This document shows, piece by piece, positions 48,391 through 60,839 of a stretch of 64,000 nucleotides of DNA. The notes beneath the pieces were generated by a model. That model saw nothing but the letters and a program-made list of their open reading frames with translations. It had not been told where the DNA came from and made no database searches. Position numbers and translations under genes: made by a program. The stretch is taken from assembly GCA_002269645.1 (NCBI GenBank), contig NIVC01001022.1:310001-374000 (forward strand), written 5' to 3'. The stretch comes from Macrostomum lignano (taxonomy: Eukaryota). Positions within the stretch are counted from its first letter, which is position 1, and each line of letters begins with the position of its first letter.

Positions 48391-48690
48391 CCTCAGTTGC
48401 TGAGTCAGCCTCCCAGATCCTCAGTTGCTGGGCCAGCCTCCCAGATCCTCAGTTGCTGGGCCAGCCTCCCAGATCCTCAGTTGCTGGGCCAGCCTCCCAG
48501 ATCCTCAGTTACTGAGCCAGCCTCCCAGATCCTCAGTTGCTGAGCCAGCCTCTCAGATCCTCAGTTGCTAGGCCACCAACCTCCCAGATCCTCAGTTCCT
48601 GTGCCAGCCTCCCAGATCCTCAGTTGCTGGGCCAGCCTCCCATGCAGATCTTCAGTTGCTGGGCAAGCCTCCCAGATTCTCAGTTGCTAT
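48391..48690. repeat. 28-bp minisatellite (CCTCAGTTGCTGGGCCAGCCTCCCAGAT)
   Basis: About 10 tandem copies. Confidence 0.92.
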
Positions 48691-48984
48691 GCCTACGTTG
48701 ATTACGAGCTACAATAAAGCTACATGTAGTCACTGTTTAATCCAGAGATTAAGTGAGTCTGTAATACTAGGATTCAGTATGATTTCCCATAAGACATTGG
48801 ATGGTCCACTTTCGCATGATTTTAAGCTTTTCAAGTTAGCGATTCATCCGTGTTAATTATACCAGCAGTCTCTATCGTGACTAATAACTGGTACCAAATG
48901 TAAAGCTCGGTTTTTTCGTCTTTTCTCAAGCGCTGCAGACTTCGTTAGTTTTTTTATTACCTCGGGATTACGCCTCGGGATTAC

Positions 48985-49086
48985 CTCGGAAGCAATGCAG
49001 AGTTAAGCGTGATCAAGGACACAGATTGTCCTTGAAAACCCCCGACCTTTCAAGTGGTGAATCCGACGCTCTAAGGCTACAACCCC
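48985..49086 (-). mobile_element. SINE family 2, partial copy
   Basis: Head and start of the CORE-like segment, with internal deletions. Confidence 0.6.
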
Positions 49087-49564
49087 ATTCGATACCAATG
49101 CATTCTGTAAAATTACGCATGTTTAAAAAACGCTCATTAATTGCGCTTTTTGCCGCTTCAACCTACTTTAATACATAAAATATTAACTTTAAAAAACTTG
49201 AAATTGAGTCATATCTTTCTGAAGCCAGCAGGCATTGAATATTATTTCATTGCAACATAGACGTTATGGACCAATACATCCTGCCTGCCTGTCAAAGCGA
49301 ATTTAGAATTTAGCAGTGGTTTCATCCAAGTTAGTCATCATCAATTTAAGTCAAGGAAAAGAAAAAGTACATTGTTGAGACTAATTCTGGTCATTTGGGT
49401 GATCTATGACAGCTCTAAATTCGTTTGCAAAGTCAAAATCTTTACCGATGACGTAAGAGTCAGTTCAAACTTATTGTCGCAATTATTCAATGCTCGATTT
49501 TTATAATTTTAGAAAATTGCTTCAACTTTTTTGTCCGTAAACTAACGTTATCTCATCACTGAGC

Positions 49565-49795
49565 AGCGCATCTGAAGGCTGCGTACGGCTGTTCAGTCCA
49601 AGTACTAGGGGAGGTGGGTCGCTACACACCCCCAATTACCCCAGCTAATGCTGGCACCCATTTTACAGCTTAATTTTAGCAATGCAGTGTTAAGTGTCTT
49701 GCTGAAAGACACAAATTGTTTTAGTGGGTTCGGGAATCGAACCCCCGACCTTTCAGTCGTGAGTCCGACGCTCTGACCACTAGGCTACAACCCCC
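49565..49795 (-). mobile_element. SINE family 2, best-preserved copy
   Basis: Minus strand reads GGGGTTGTAGCCTAGTGGTCAGAGCGTCGGACTCACGACTGAAAGGTCGGGGGTTCGATTCCCG plus CORE-like body. Confidence 0.78.
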
Positions 49796-50709
49796 TATAT
49801 TATTGGACCAAGCAAAGCAGTGCAGGCAGTCATCCATCCTGTAAGGCAGGCAGGGATCACTATAGTCAGGCCAATATACTCCACCCCAATTGAGACTTCC
49901 GAGCACCATTGGATAGGACAGATTGGCTTTGGGTAAGTCTGCAGTGCATGAGGAAATTTGCCAGAGAGGATTGAGACCGAATGTCAGATGGGACTTCATA
50001 TCCCGTTCCGCAATTCACACCCGCATGCTTGGCGGAGTCGCCCTTAACTAAGACAGACTGTGCCCGTTGGGGAATCGCATTGCTATAGGAAGAGTTGAGG
50101 AGATAGTACAGGGGAGGGATATATGGGCAATAATACAGGACGCACGCCTCCATGCATATTATTGTAAAAAAAGTGTTGATGCGGGCTAGTCTTATGCAGG
50201 ATATGCCACACATTTTCTCCTTGTATTTACGCTCGTATTCCTCCTCTAATTTTCATCACTTGCAGATGCTGATGGAGGATGTGACCTGCTGAGTGATTTG
50301 GAGACTGGAGAGGGTCGGTTAGTTTGACATCCATACGGTTGAAAACAGTAAACATTACCTCCATGCCTGTTGGCATGGCATTGACTATCAATGATTTGAT
50401 AGATAAGCTCATATTTTTTAGTCAATGAGACAGTGATGAAGAGTGAAGCTTTCAATTGAGCTTGAATACAAAAAACCCGCAAAGAAAAATGCATCGATGC
50501 AGCTCGTATACTGTCCGTTTGATTATGGCATTGTAATAAATCAATATTCTCAGGACGGTTGTACAGGCCATTCCACTGACTCCTGAGCACATGTACAAGC
50601 GGGCCGATGCTGTACTGTACTATTGACTAATAAACGCGTTAAAAAGCGCAAACCTGCTTCATCCGTATAATTCGAAAAGCCCAGAAGCTGAGATATTTTC
50701 GCTTGCCTA

Positions 50710-52002
50710 CGAGGGGCACTATTAAAGTTCTGAGCCTTAATATGAAAGAGAGGAGATATGGGCAAAGTGAGATCAGCTTTTCTCAACATAGTCTCCCCCA
50801 ACCAAGATGCACTTATGGCATCTTGATCGCAGCGCCTCAATGCCACTCTGGAAGAATTGCACCGAGCAGCCCTCAAACCAAGCAGTTGCAGCATCCTTCA
50901 GCGCATCATCAGTGTCAAATCGCTGTCCACGGAGCGCCCGCTTGAGATGTGGAAACAGGTGGAAGTCGCTCGGGGCCAGGTCTGGTGAATAGGCTGGGTG
51001 CGGCAGCTCTCGAAACCCTGCGACACTGACAGCAGCCTTGGCAATCCTGCTAGTGTGGGCCGGTGCATTGTCGTGCAGCAGCACAACACCTCGGCTCAGC
51101 ATCCCTCGCCTATTTTCCTTGATTGCTTCGCGCAGACGGGCGATCAGGTCAGCGTAGTAGGCGCCTGTGACTGTCTGCTTGTGCGGTAGAAAGTCCAGCA
51201 GCAGCGGGCCCTTGGCATCCCAGAAGACGGTGAGCATAATCTTGCCCGCACTGCATGCAGTCCGTGCCTTCAGTGGTGCAGGTGAACCAACTGGCAGCCA
51301 CTGCTTGGACTCCTGCTTGGACTCGGGATCGTGGTGATGGATCCACGTCTCATCCCCGGTCACGCAGCAGGACAGAAAGTTGGCAGGGTCCGGATCGTAG
51401 GAGTCCAGGACAAGCTTTGAGTACTGCACCCGTGCGGTCTTTTGGTCCCTTGTCAAGATTCGTGGGATCCATCTGGCAGAAACCTTGGACAGATGAAGAT
51501 GCTGGTGCAGGATCTCAATGACTTGCGGGTCAGAGAGTCCAGTGTCTGCCGCAAGTTCCCTGACTTTCACCCGCTGGTCACTGTCAACCAGAGCCTGGAT
51601 GCGCTGGATGTTGTCGGCAGTGACAGCAGTCCGGGGTCGTCCACATCGGGGGTCATCTTCGAGCGAGTCGCGGCCACGCTTGAACTCGGCTGCCCAGCAC
51701 TTTATGGTGGCGTATGAGGGGGCAGCGTCAGCGTACACACTAGCCATGCGGCTTTGAATTTCAGCAGGCTTTGAGCCCTCCAGAGTCAGAAATTTAATCA
51801 CTGCCCTGTGCTCAAGCTTCAATTCTTGAGAAAATGCCATGGGGTGCAGGAAATAAAATGGTGCAGTGGGACTTAGGGAATGCAGAAAATTCTGAAAAGT
51901 TGACAATAGACTATTAACATGTGGCGCTTTTAGAGCCTAAAGTTTCAACACTTTGCCACTATAAGATCTTGGTCAGGCTCAGAACTTTAATAGTGCCCCT
52001 CG
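50710..52002 (-). mobile_element. Complete mariner (Tc1/mariner, DD34D) transposon, 1293 bp
   Basis: Perfect 28-bp TIRs CGAGGGGCACTATTAAAGTTCTGAGCCT (50710-50737 and 51975-52002); TA on both sides (50708-9, 52003-4). Confidence 0.97.
50773..51840 (-). CDS. Mariner transposase, 355 aa, uninterrupted
   Basis: ATG at 51840 (MAFSQELKLEHRAVIKF); HTH region; WIPR; catalytic TGDETW, HDNAPAH and YSPDLAPSD with 34 residues between the last two Asp. Confidence 0.96.
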   Translation of the reverse strand: MAFSQELKLEHRAVIKFLTLEGSKPAEIQSRMASVYADAAPSYATIKCWAAEFKRGRDSLEDDPRCGRPRTAVTADNIQRIQALVDSDQRVKVRELAADTGLSDPQVIEILHQHLHLSKVSARWIPRILTRDQKTARVQYSKLVLDSYDPDPANFLSCCVTGDETWIHHHDPESKQESKQWLPVGSPAPLKARTACSAGKIMLTVFWDAKGPLLLDFLPHKQTVTGAYYADLIARLREAIKENRRGMLSRGVVLLHDNAPAHTSRIAKAAVSVAGFRELPHPAYSPDLAPSDFHLFPHLKRALRGQRFDTDDALKDAATAWFEGCSVQFFQSGIEALRSRCHKCILVGGDYVEKS

Positions 52003-52788
52003 TATTTCACTGTTACATTATTTCGGGAGGAAAGCCTCAAGGGAAATTTTCCTTCTTTTGCGAGTACAGCATCCTATATTAGTTGCTTATGGTTTTCATA
52101 ACTGAGAAGTCTTGGGGGTCCTCTTATTTGCAGTGGTTATCGGTCTTCTTCTTCGAGTATATCAGTCAGCTCTGAAGTCATGTCAGCCATTGAATAGTCT
52201 TGCCAATTGCCTGAGAAAGCTATCACTCAGTTTTTAATCTAGCAGAGACTGAGCTCTTCCTATTTAGCCGAGCTCCCGGACCAGCGACATTTTCGAGATC
52301 TGCTCAAGGCCTCGCCTTTCTCACTTTAATCTGCGCCAGGCGCCACTTCTAAACGTCCTTCGCTTGACTTTGTAGGAAAACCTGGCGAAGTACCTTAAAC
52401 TTCACTTGTCTGCCAGCTCAAGCCCAATGAGACTCACTCTTTCCAAATACTGAAGTTAGGGTTGTTTAGAGGCCCTCCCCTTAGAAGCAGTAGCTTAGAA
52501 CTTCTCAACGACATCTCAAGATTTCCGCTTGGAGGACTGGATCGATTTCGATCCGGCTTATCTAAGCTTGTAAGAGTTTAAAGCTCAGGATTGCCAGCTA
52601 CAGTGCTGAGAGAGAAGCAGAGCAGAACTGAAAAACATTGTCACATCTCTCTTGTTTGTGAAAATAAAAGACAACTTTATTGGCATCAAATTGGCGCGAA
52701 AAATTAGGTATTACATGTAGAATTCGTCGCAGAAACTGAGGCAAAAAGTTTTATACACATCCTCAGGAGACCGTACAACCGCCGGATC

Positions 52789-53535
52789 CTACATAAGTCT
52801 GCACTGGTTCCTTCTCAGAGCCTCTTGCACCCTGGCCGACGCGGCCTTGTGACCGGAGTCGCGCTGCTCGATCGCCTTCAACAATTCGCGGAACGCTGCG
52901 CTGACTCGCCAGTTGTACTTGGCTGAGCACTCGGCATAGGTGCACTTCCACTGCTTGCGCACGATGTTGCTAATATCGCTCTTGCTGCCTCCCTTGGCTT
53001 CTTTGTTGTTTCGACTGGCTGAATCAGCTGCTAGATCGGCCTTATTAGCCACAACTAGAGTTGGGACGCTGATACCTTGGTCTAATAAGCGTTGTCTCAC
53101 CTGGCGCACGTACTGGAAGCTGAGCTCCTCCGTGATGTCGAATACCAGCACGTAGGCGGTGGCCGACCGCAAGCCGCAGCCGCGGTAACAGCTGGAAAAC
53201 TCCTGCAGAGAATCCTCCGGAAAATACTCCAATGGTGGGCAGTCAACTAAACGGGTGTCGTAAGTTCGGTCGTTCACCGAAATAGACGGCCGATGAACGA
53301 TGGGCTTCAATGTCGGCTCGTAGACCTCGGGACATTCGCAATGGACAAACTGTTGAACCAAGCTGGTTTTGCCGACGGCTTGAGCTCCTAAAACTGCAAT
53401 CCGAAGCAGTGCTGGCTGCGACGGTCGATGCACCGCCCCAGCGTCTTGGTCGGCAGTGCCACCGGCTCCGATACCATTGGTGTCAGCTGTTGCTAGCCTT
53501 TGGCTGATGCCGTTTTGCTGGCTTTGCTGTTGCAT
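52789..53535 (-). CDS. RASL10: Ras-like small GTPase, RASL10 family, intronless
   Basis: G1 GAQAVGKT, G2 YEPT, atypical G3 LVDCPP (RASL10 ILDFPP), GLRSATAYVLVFD, G4 NKAD, VRKQWKCTYAECSAKYNW, C-terminal ALRRNQCRLM CaaX. Confidence 0.88.
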   Translation of the reverse strand: MQQQSQQNGISQRLATADTNGIGAGGTADQDAGAVHRPSQPALLRIAVLGAQAVGKTSLVQQFVHCECPEVYEPTLKPIVHRPSISVNDRTYDTRLVDCPPLEYFPEDSLQEFSSCYRGCGLRSATAYVLVFDITEELSFQYVRQVRQRLLDQGISVPTLVVANKADLAADSASRNNKEAKGGSKSDISNIVRKQWKCTYAECSAKYNWRVSAAFRELLKAIEQRDSGHKAASARVQEALRRNQCRLM

Positions 53536-54939
53536 GCTCTGATATGCTTGCGTTGCTAATAACAGATCCTAGGATTTAAATATGCTTGGACTGGGCTGGA
53601 ATTAAGACTTGTCCATCTCTCCTTTCGAGCAGGATATTTTCTGCCGGTCGGAGAAATTCTCTGATTCGCTTTGTTAGCTTGTCCAATTAAATTGCTCGCT
53701 TGTCGAAAAATTCTCGCGATAGAAGACGGTCTTTTCGAACTTCTCAGCCCGGCGCTGGGAGCTGTTTATCAACCTTGCCAATCAGTAGGGAACGAAAGAC
53801 CCATTGGCACAGCGCTATCTGCCAACAAGAAAGTAGTAAAGTGTGGCAACATGGCCAAGGCACTTGGACTGCTCGAAGGGAACTCCCGATGGAAAGTAGG
53901 AAGAGTGAGAGCTTCTGTGTCGATCGATCTTCTTTTTAGAATGAAATAGTCGCAGTTGCTATCGCAGTAAACAGATGGAGGGGTATTCGTATCGTTTTAA
54001 TTTAGTGTGGTACAATACACCTACGCTTTCTAATAACTTTTTTCAATAAAAACTAAAAAAATAAAACTTAAAGCTCTAAGCAGGATTAATCTAAAACCAC
54101 ACAAACCACATATTAGTCTTTCACGGACAAGCCTGAAACCAAATGGCTATAGCTTTAGCGTTCAGAATCTAGGACGGTACACGAGTATTTGAGTATCCGT
54201 CCATCTCAGTCCTTCCGTCCGTTCTGACATATTTCAACATCCGTTATTTTATCTATGAGCCAAAATCTTATTGAAAGCTGTTTGAAAATGGCCAAAGTCA
54301 ACCGAAACGCGTCACAATGGATAAATAATCAGCGGTCCCAGTGCGTGACAACGATTGTCTATGGCTCGCGCCTATAGACAATGATTTAAATTTTTAATTT
54401 ATTCAAAATTAAAAGATAGAATCCAACAGAATAAAATAATCTATCCATGATGGTCGCATTTGAGGAGGACTTCGCTCCCCACAACCCGATTTCGGTGCCG
54501 CACACTCACTTTTGCACTGATAGTGTGACCTTGATCAGCTTCAATGTCTACGGTTATGCGTGCACCCGTACTATAACGCCAATGCAATAAGGCGTTAATA
54601 AAATCATCAGAGGGCTTTGCATGGCCACAGTTTCCTGATCAAGGACGTGAATGCAGTGGTCAGATGTCTGTATAAGCACACAGGAATACATTGCTAGAAT
54701 AGCAATTGCGATTAAAGGTTTTTTATCGGCATTGTTAGGACCAAAACCACAGACACAAACTCACTGACTACAAGGTGAGAACCTATAAAAGTAATGCTTT
54801 CCGAAGAGTAAGTTATTTATAAGATCGGCCTTCAACTTTTGTACTGTCCCGTCCCTTAGTGTTGAGTAGTTCATGCAATTAGCAATGCAGTGTTTCGATG
54901 CCAAGAATTTATAACCACCATTTACTAGATGGCAACTAG

Positions 54940-54948
54940 CGAGAGAGA

Positions 54949-55016
<68 letters not shown>

Positions 55017-55057
55017 GTTGAGAGAGAGAGTGGGGGAGAGAGAGGGAAAGAGAGAGA

Positions 55058-55115
<58 letters not shown>

Positions 55116-55571
55116 AAGAGAGAGAGAGAGGGAGAGAGAGAGAGAGAGGGTTGAGAGAGAGGAAAAGAGAGAGAGAGTGGGGGGAGAGAGAGAGGGAAAG
55201 AGAGAGAGGGAGAGAGAGAGAGAGAGAGGGGGGGGGAAAGAGAGAGAGGGAGAGAGAAAGAGAGAGGGATAGAGAGAGAGGGAAAGAGAGAGAGAGGGAT
55301 AGAGAGAGAGGGAAAGAGAGAGAGAGGGAGAGAGAGAGAGGGAAAGAGAGAGAGAGAGGGGGGAGAGAGGGGGAAAGAGAGAGAGAGGGGGAGAGAGAGA
55401 GAGAGGGGGAGAGAGAGAGAGGGAGAGAGAGAGAGGGAAAAAGGGAAAGAGAGAGAGAGGGAAAGAGGGAAAGAGAGAGAGAGGGAAAGAGAGAGAGGGA
55501 GAGAGAAAGAGAGAGGGAAAGAGAGAGAGGAGAGAGAGGGGGAGAGAGAGGGAGAGAGAGAGAGAGAGGAA

Positions 55572-55605
<34 letters not shown>

Positions 55606-55623
55606 GAAAGAGAGAGAGAGAGG

Positions 55624-55658
<35 letters not shown>

Positions 55659-55773
55659 GGAAAGAGAGAGAGAGGGAGAGAGAGAGAGGGAGAAGAGAGA
55701 GAGAGAGGGGAGAGAGAGAGAGAGGGGAGAGAGGAGAGAGAGAGAGAGAGAGAGAGAGGGGAGAGAGAGAGCA
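54940..55773. repeat. (GA)n-rich tract
   Basis: Direct reading. Confidence 0.96.
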
Positions 55774-56740
55774 AATGGATGGGAGTTACAGAAACTCTTT
55801 AAACAAACTCGGCCTGTTGAGACTGCCCTCGCACTATGGCTACAACTACTCGAACTTCGAGCTGTTCAAGCTCACTATATGTTTTGAGGTTCGACAACCC
55901 TGAACTCGAATTTCACCACAGCGTTTTCACAGCTGCGTGCGCCTCATGCGGCCCAGCCTAATCAAAGCCGCCGACTCTGACCTGCACTGGGAGGCTCTGA
56001 AGATATGGCACCTGGCTGTCAATCAACTGTTTGACGAGTTCAAATGGGCCTCCGTATTGGTGCATCTGAGCACAAACAAATTTACAATCCGCTCAGGAAG
56101 TGCAGCCTTGGAAACAGAAGAGCTTACATTATGCACCTTTGGTACCGGATCCGTTCATTGTGCAGTACCGCATAAGCTCCATTGGGACAGTGGACTTATG
56201 CAGCTTGCTTTGGTGACATGTTTTGCTTCGTTCTGTTTGGCAAAGCTGACCAAGTTAAATGAAAGAATAGTTAAAAACGACCCATTCGAATTTACGTGCT
56301 CTAGTACTCACAATAGTTTGTACCATGCACTGTGCTTTTTGTTAGAAATTCGGTATTTTTCTGCGTAAAACAAATAAGATTAGATCAGATCAGATTATCT
56401 ACCTGTATGCTTGGAATGAAACAAGCAATGAAATAGTGGCATAAATTATACTGTGTGGACGACTAGCTACAACCATGCAGAGTTTCACTATGAAAATTTA
56501 CTTAAAATTTAGATTTCAAAATTTAGTAGATTTTTCTATTTTTTGCTTAATGTGTTTAAAACAGATTTGAATTGGCCTGAAAATTATTTTTCAGCTTTGG
56601 TTCTCTGACTTTGAGAGTTTCTGCGCTAAGGAAAGTGCCAGATGGTTTTTTTACAGACGAAAAAACCTTGTCTTTAAACCTTGGTTTTAATTGCAACACA
56701 TAAATTGGTGCTTATTGGACCAAAGCAGCAGCGTTTTGTA

Positions 56741-57400
56741 CCATAGACAAACTCTCGTATCATAGACAAACTCTCGTACCATAGACAAACTCTCGTATCA
56801 TAGACAAACTCTCGTACCATAGACAAACTCTCGTACCATAGACAAACTCTCGTACCATAGACAAACTCTCGTACCATAGACAAACTCTCGTACCATAGAC
56901 AAACTCTCGTATCATAGACAAACTCTCGTATCATAGACAAACTCTCGTACCATAGACAAACTCTCGTACCATAGACAAACTCTCGTATCATAGACAAACT
57001 CTCGTACCATAGACAAACTCTCGTACTATAGACAAATGCTCGTACCATAGACAAACTCTCGTACCATAGACAAACTCTCGTACCATAGACAAACTCTCGT
57101 ACCATAGACAAACTTTCGTATCATAGACAAACTCTCGTACCATAGACAAACTCTCGTACTATAGACAAATGCTCGTACCATAGACAAACTCTCGTATCAT
57201 AGACAAACTCTCGTACTATAGACAAATGCTCGTACCATAGACAAACTCTCGTATCATAGACAAACTCTCGTACCATAGACAAACTCTCGTACCATAGACA
57301 AACTCTCGTACCATAGACAAACTCTCGTATCATAGACAAACGCTCATACATAGACAAAGACTCATATACCATAGGCAAATGCTTGTACCAAAGACAAACG
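56741..57400. repeat. 19-bp minisatellite (CATAGACAAACTCTCGTAC)
   Basis: More than 30 tandem copies. Confidence 0.95.
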
Positions 57401-57833
57401 CTCAATTTCTTCGTACTTTGGCAAACATAACTCGGATCAAATCCAAAATTGGCTGCAAAAAGCTATATTAAAAGATCGGTTTTCGCTAGACTGCAAAATT
57501 CTTAGGTACACGAGCACGAGTGCACGCGAAGGTGTAAAAACGAAAGACAAACTGGAATTTTTTAATAATCGAATTACAAAAATTCAATTGAAAATGTCAG
57601 CAGGCACACTATGACAATCTGTAAATGGGATTTATTTCGATTTCTTTAGCAGAATGGTGCTAAAATTTCAGTCAATGTTTTTTATTGGATACTTTATTGA
57701 TACTTGCGACTGGTTTTAGGCTAAATAGAATTGCACAAAAATTTCCAACAATAAGCAACTTAACTGGAGAGATTTTATTTTTAGTCCAAACGGTAAATTT
57801 TATTTTTCAACGCGAGCCACTAAATTAACAAAG

Positions 57834-60800
57834 ATGCTGCTAAAACTAGCAGCGTGTTATCTACTAACACTCTTGCTGATTCACGGCGGTACCTGCAGCA
57901 GGTTTGTCAGGCATCCAAAGTTCGCTAAGACCACCAGACCAGCAGAAATAGTGGACTCGGGAATTTGGGACGCTAGCTACGGTACGAGCGTTCGCGGTCT
58001 GCGATCAAACATGAAGTCAGCCTCGCAGGGTATACCGTTGAACTTTGTTATCGAGCAACTGCCGAATAAAAATGATTTCAAACTAGCAATCAGCCTTTGG
58101 TGCAGCAGTCAAAATTCGGCCGATCGTATTGTACTGCAACGCAATCTGCCATTTTTATTGCGCGACGAAACATTCTGTGAGACGGAGTTTCCTGTGACGA
58201 TACGGACCACCGATTCTGAATGGTTTAAGTCGGATAACCAAACCAAGTATAGTTTGAGACTTTCTATATACAGAGCATCCAGAAATCAAGCAAGCTCGAA
58301 CTTTAAGGACACGTTCCGAAAAAAGTTTGAGACTGAAATTTTTATTTATTAGCACCGAGTGGAGCCTGGAAACCAACAGCCTGTACCTGTGGAATTGGGA
58401 ATCTGCGTTTAGCAGCGCAAACGTGAGGCCAACCCATCCTCAGCACCAGACTAATAGATACTTTTTGACTGACGCAACAATCAACTTGATAATGAACTCT
58501 GAATGGCCAAGATCGGGCAACTCTTTCGAATCAATTCAATTTATAGAGCCACGCTTAGTAAATCTGATCAACCATACAACAGAGTACGTTCGAAACTATA
58601 TAAACATTGAGGCTATCATGCTACTGGGATTTGGAATTGCATCTCAATGTTAGACTTCTCGTCCCGAGTACACAACTGTGTACGCATCTCACAAGGCTGG
58701 AACTCTTGAGCAGCACGATTTCATGCTCAAAGTTTGTCATTTGGACAGGGAAACAGGAAAGCTGACATTCTCGCGGCATGGACTTAGCCGTGCGCTGGTT
58801 CGCTTCAATGAGCTCAATCGCAAGCAGCTTGTGTGGCGCGAGAAAAAGGAGTTATATGATAATTACATCCTGAGGATTTGCGCTGGTATTCAGCTGCAAC
58901 ACAATATGCGACCAGTTACCGAATACCGAAGTGTGCTCACGGTTAAGAATCCAAATTTGGGCTATAAGGTACTCGGAGTAGACACGCATGAATGCGAGAT
59001 TGTCGGTTCGAGTACGAAACGAGTAACTTTTTTCTCCGATTCCGGAATCAACCAACTAATATGCCTGATTGTCTGCTCCAGCTATCGGGAGCAATTCGTT
59101 TTCAGCAGAGGCGACGTAATACTTAGACCGAACTCAACGCGATGCAAAACGGGCTACATCAATGACAATGTTTTTGCTTACAAAACAGGCAACGTCATAG
59201 AAATTCGAGGCGCCTTAACCCACGAAGATGCAGGTCAGTACCAGTGCTCGGCTGGAGGAAAAAAAGTCACCTTTGAAGTAAGCGTCGTTTCAATGCCACG
59301 GTTCACCGAGAAACTGCTTACTGGCGAAAAGATGAATGGTGAGCTGCCCGAAAGAGTCTACGCTATGGAAGGTGAAGGCTACTACATTAGCTGCACCGTT
59401 TTCTATTCAGGATTACATCGTTCTATAACGTTGGAGCCAGAGCTTTATCTAAGATCGCACGGTTCTATCAGGGGCATCTACAACTGGACAAAAAGTACTT
59501 TTGAAGAGTTTAAAACCAAAGTTAAGACAGCCGAAGCTGAAATAGACACAAGACACAATAGCAAAACAATCACTCTGACTGTTGGCCGTATTCCCAAAGT
59601 TTGTAGTCCGCAACGCAATTTATTTAATCATCGATATATGTGCAACGCAGCTGCTTCCTCAGAAGATGCACGTCGCTACGGCTTGATGGACTATTCGACG
59701 CAGAGTGCTGCAGATGTATATTATCTAGCAAGACCTCGACTAAATGACTTTGTCTCAGACAGCAGTAGCTCACAGTGATATCACTGTCCAACAAGAAATT
59801 ATTTTGGCGCAAATTGTATCATAACGGTTTCATTGACGCAGGGTGTGCTTAGCTTCTTGAAAACTATCGGACTGATCGTTGAGACAGGGCTGCTATCATC
59901 GCAGCCGGAGTTGACTGATGTCATCTTGAAGCCCTCCAGGATAACTATCACGATTGGAAACCCCGGCTTGCTTAAGTCAGAGCAGCAGAGGAGAAGTCTA
60001 CTAGCGGTCGCTCCGATTTTTCGCTATAAGAACGGCAATTCAATAGTCAGTTTGAGTTCGTTTCGAATGATTCGTAGCAACGAATCGAACAGCAGCGATG
60101 ACAGAAAGTGCCTTGCTAACCCAGCGTGCCTATTTTCAACTCGGTTTGAGAAAACCCTGGCCAGCCAGCTTACTCTTGCCGAAATTATTATCTTTAAGGC
60201 CAAGACTGCTTCGTTGACTGTACCTTCATGGATCAGTAAGTGGTCTGCTCAACCGACAACTGTGGCTCCAGTAAATTTTTCAAACGAATCGGTTCGTTCT
60301 TTAACAACTAGAACTAATAAAAACATGCGGGAAAAATTAGCAACAAGAACAACAGCTGAGGCAGGAGCAACAAATACGCCTCCGACAGCAATAGAAGCGA
60401 GAACAACGAAGACGCCAAGATCGACAGTAGAACCAAGAACGACAGAGACACCAACAACAACCGAAACAAGAACAACAAAGACACCAAAAACAGCTAAAAC
60501 AAGAACAACAAGGACTCCAACAACAACCGAAATCAGAGCAACAAAGACACCACCACGATCGACAACAGTAGAAACAAGAACAGAAACACTATCGACAGCC
60601 GAAGCAAAAACTGCAGCAAAGACAACAGCGAATACAACAAAAGGTAAGTACTAATAAAAATGCTTGATCATTTAGTAAACCGATGCATTAATTTGTAAGT
60701 TCCTATGCCAGCTCCATGTAAAAAAACACTTTCAGAATCACCCGAACCTCCAAATAATTCGGCGACTAAATCGGGACCATTCGAGTGTGTGCTAGTACTT

Positions 60801-60839
60801 CTGGCCGCTTTCCTGCTGATGCCTATGGTTATTATTTAG
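57834..60839 (+). CDS. Putative GPI-anchored Ig-domain protein with Thr-rich mucin-like stalk (internal junctions uncertain; could be a pseudogene)
   Basis: Signal peptide at 57834; Ig signature EDAGQYQCSA; second Ig-like unit YYISCTV...YMCNA; T/K/R-rich stalk ~60330-60643; G|GTAAGT donor at 60644 splices in phase to 60712 or 60736, giving ...NNSATKSGPFECVLVLLAAFLLMPMVII*; AATAAA at 60899. Confidence 0.55.

Noticed and set aside
49860-52620. Possible decayed non-LTR retrotransposon flanking the mariner
   Set aside because: Only stop-riddled peptide fragments with vague resemblance; no reverse transcriptase or endonuclease motif could be identified by eye
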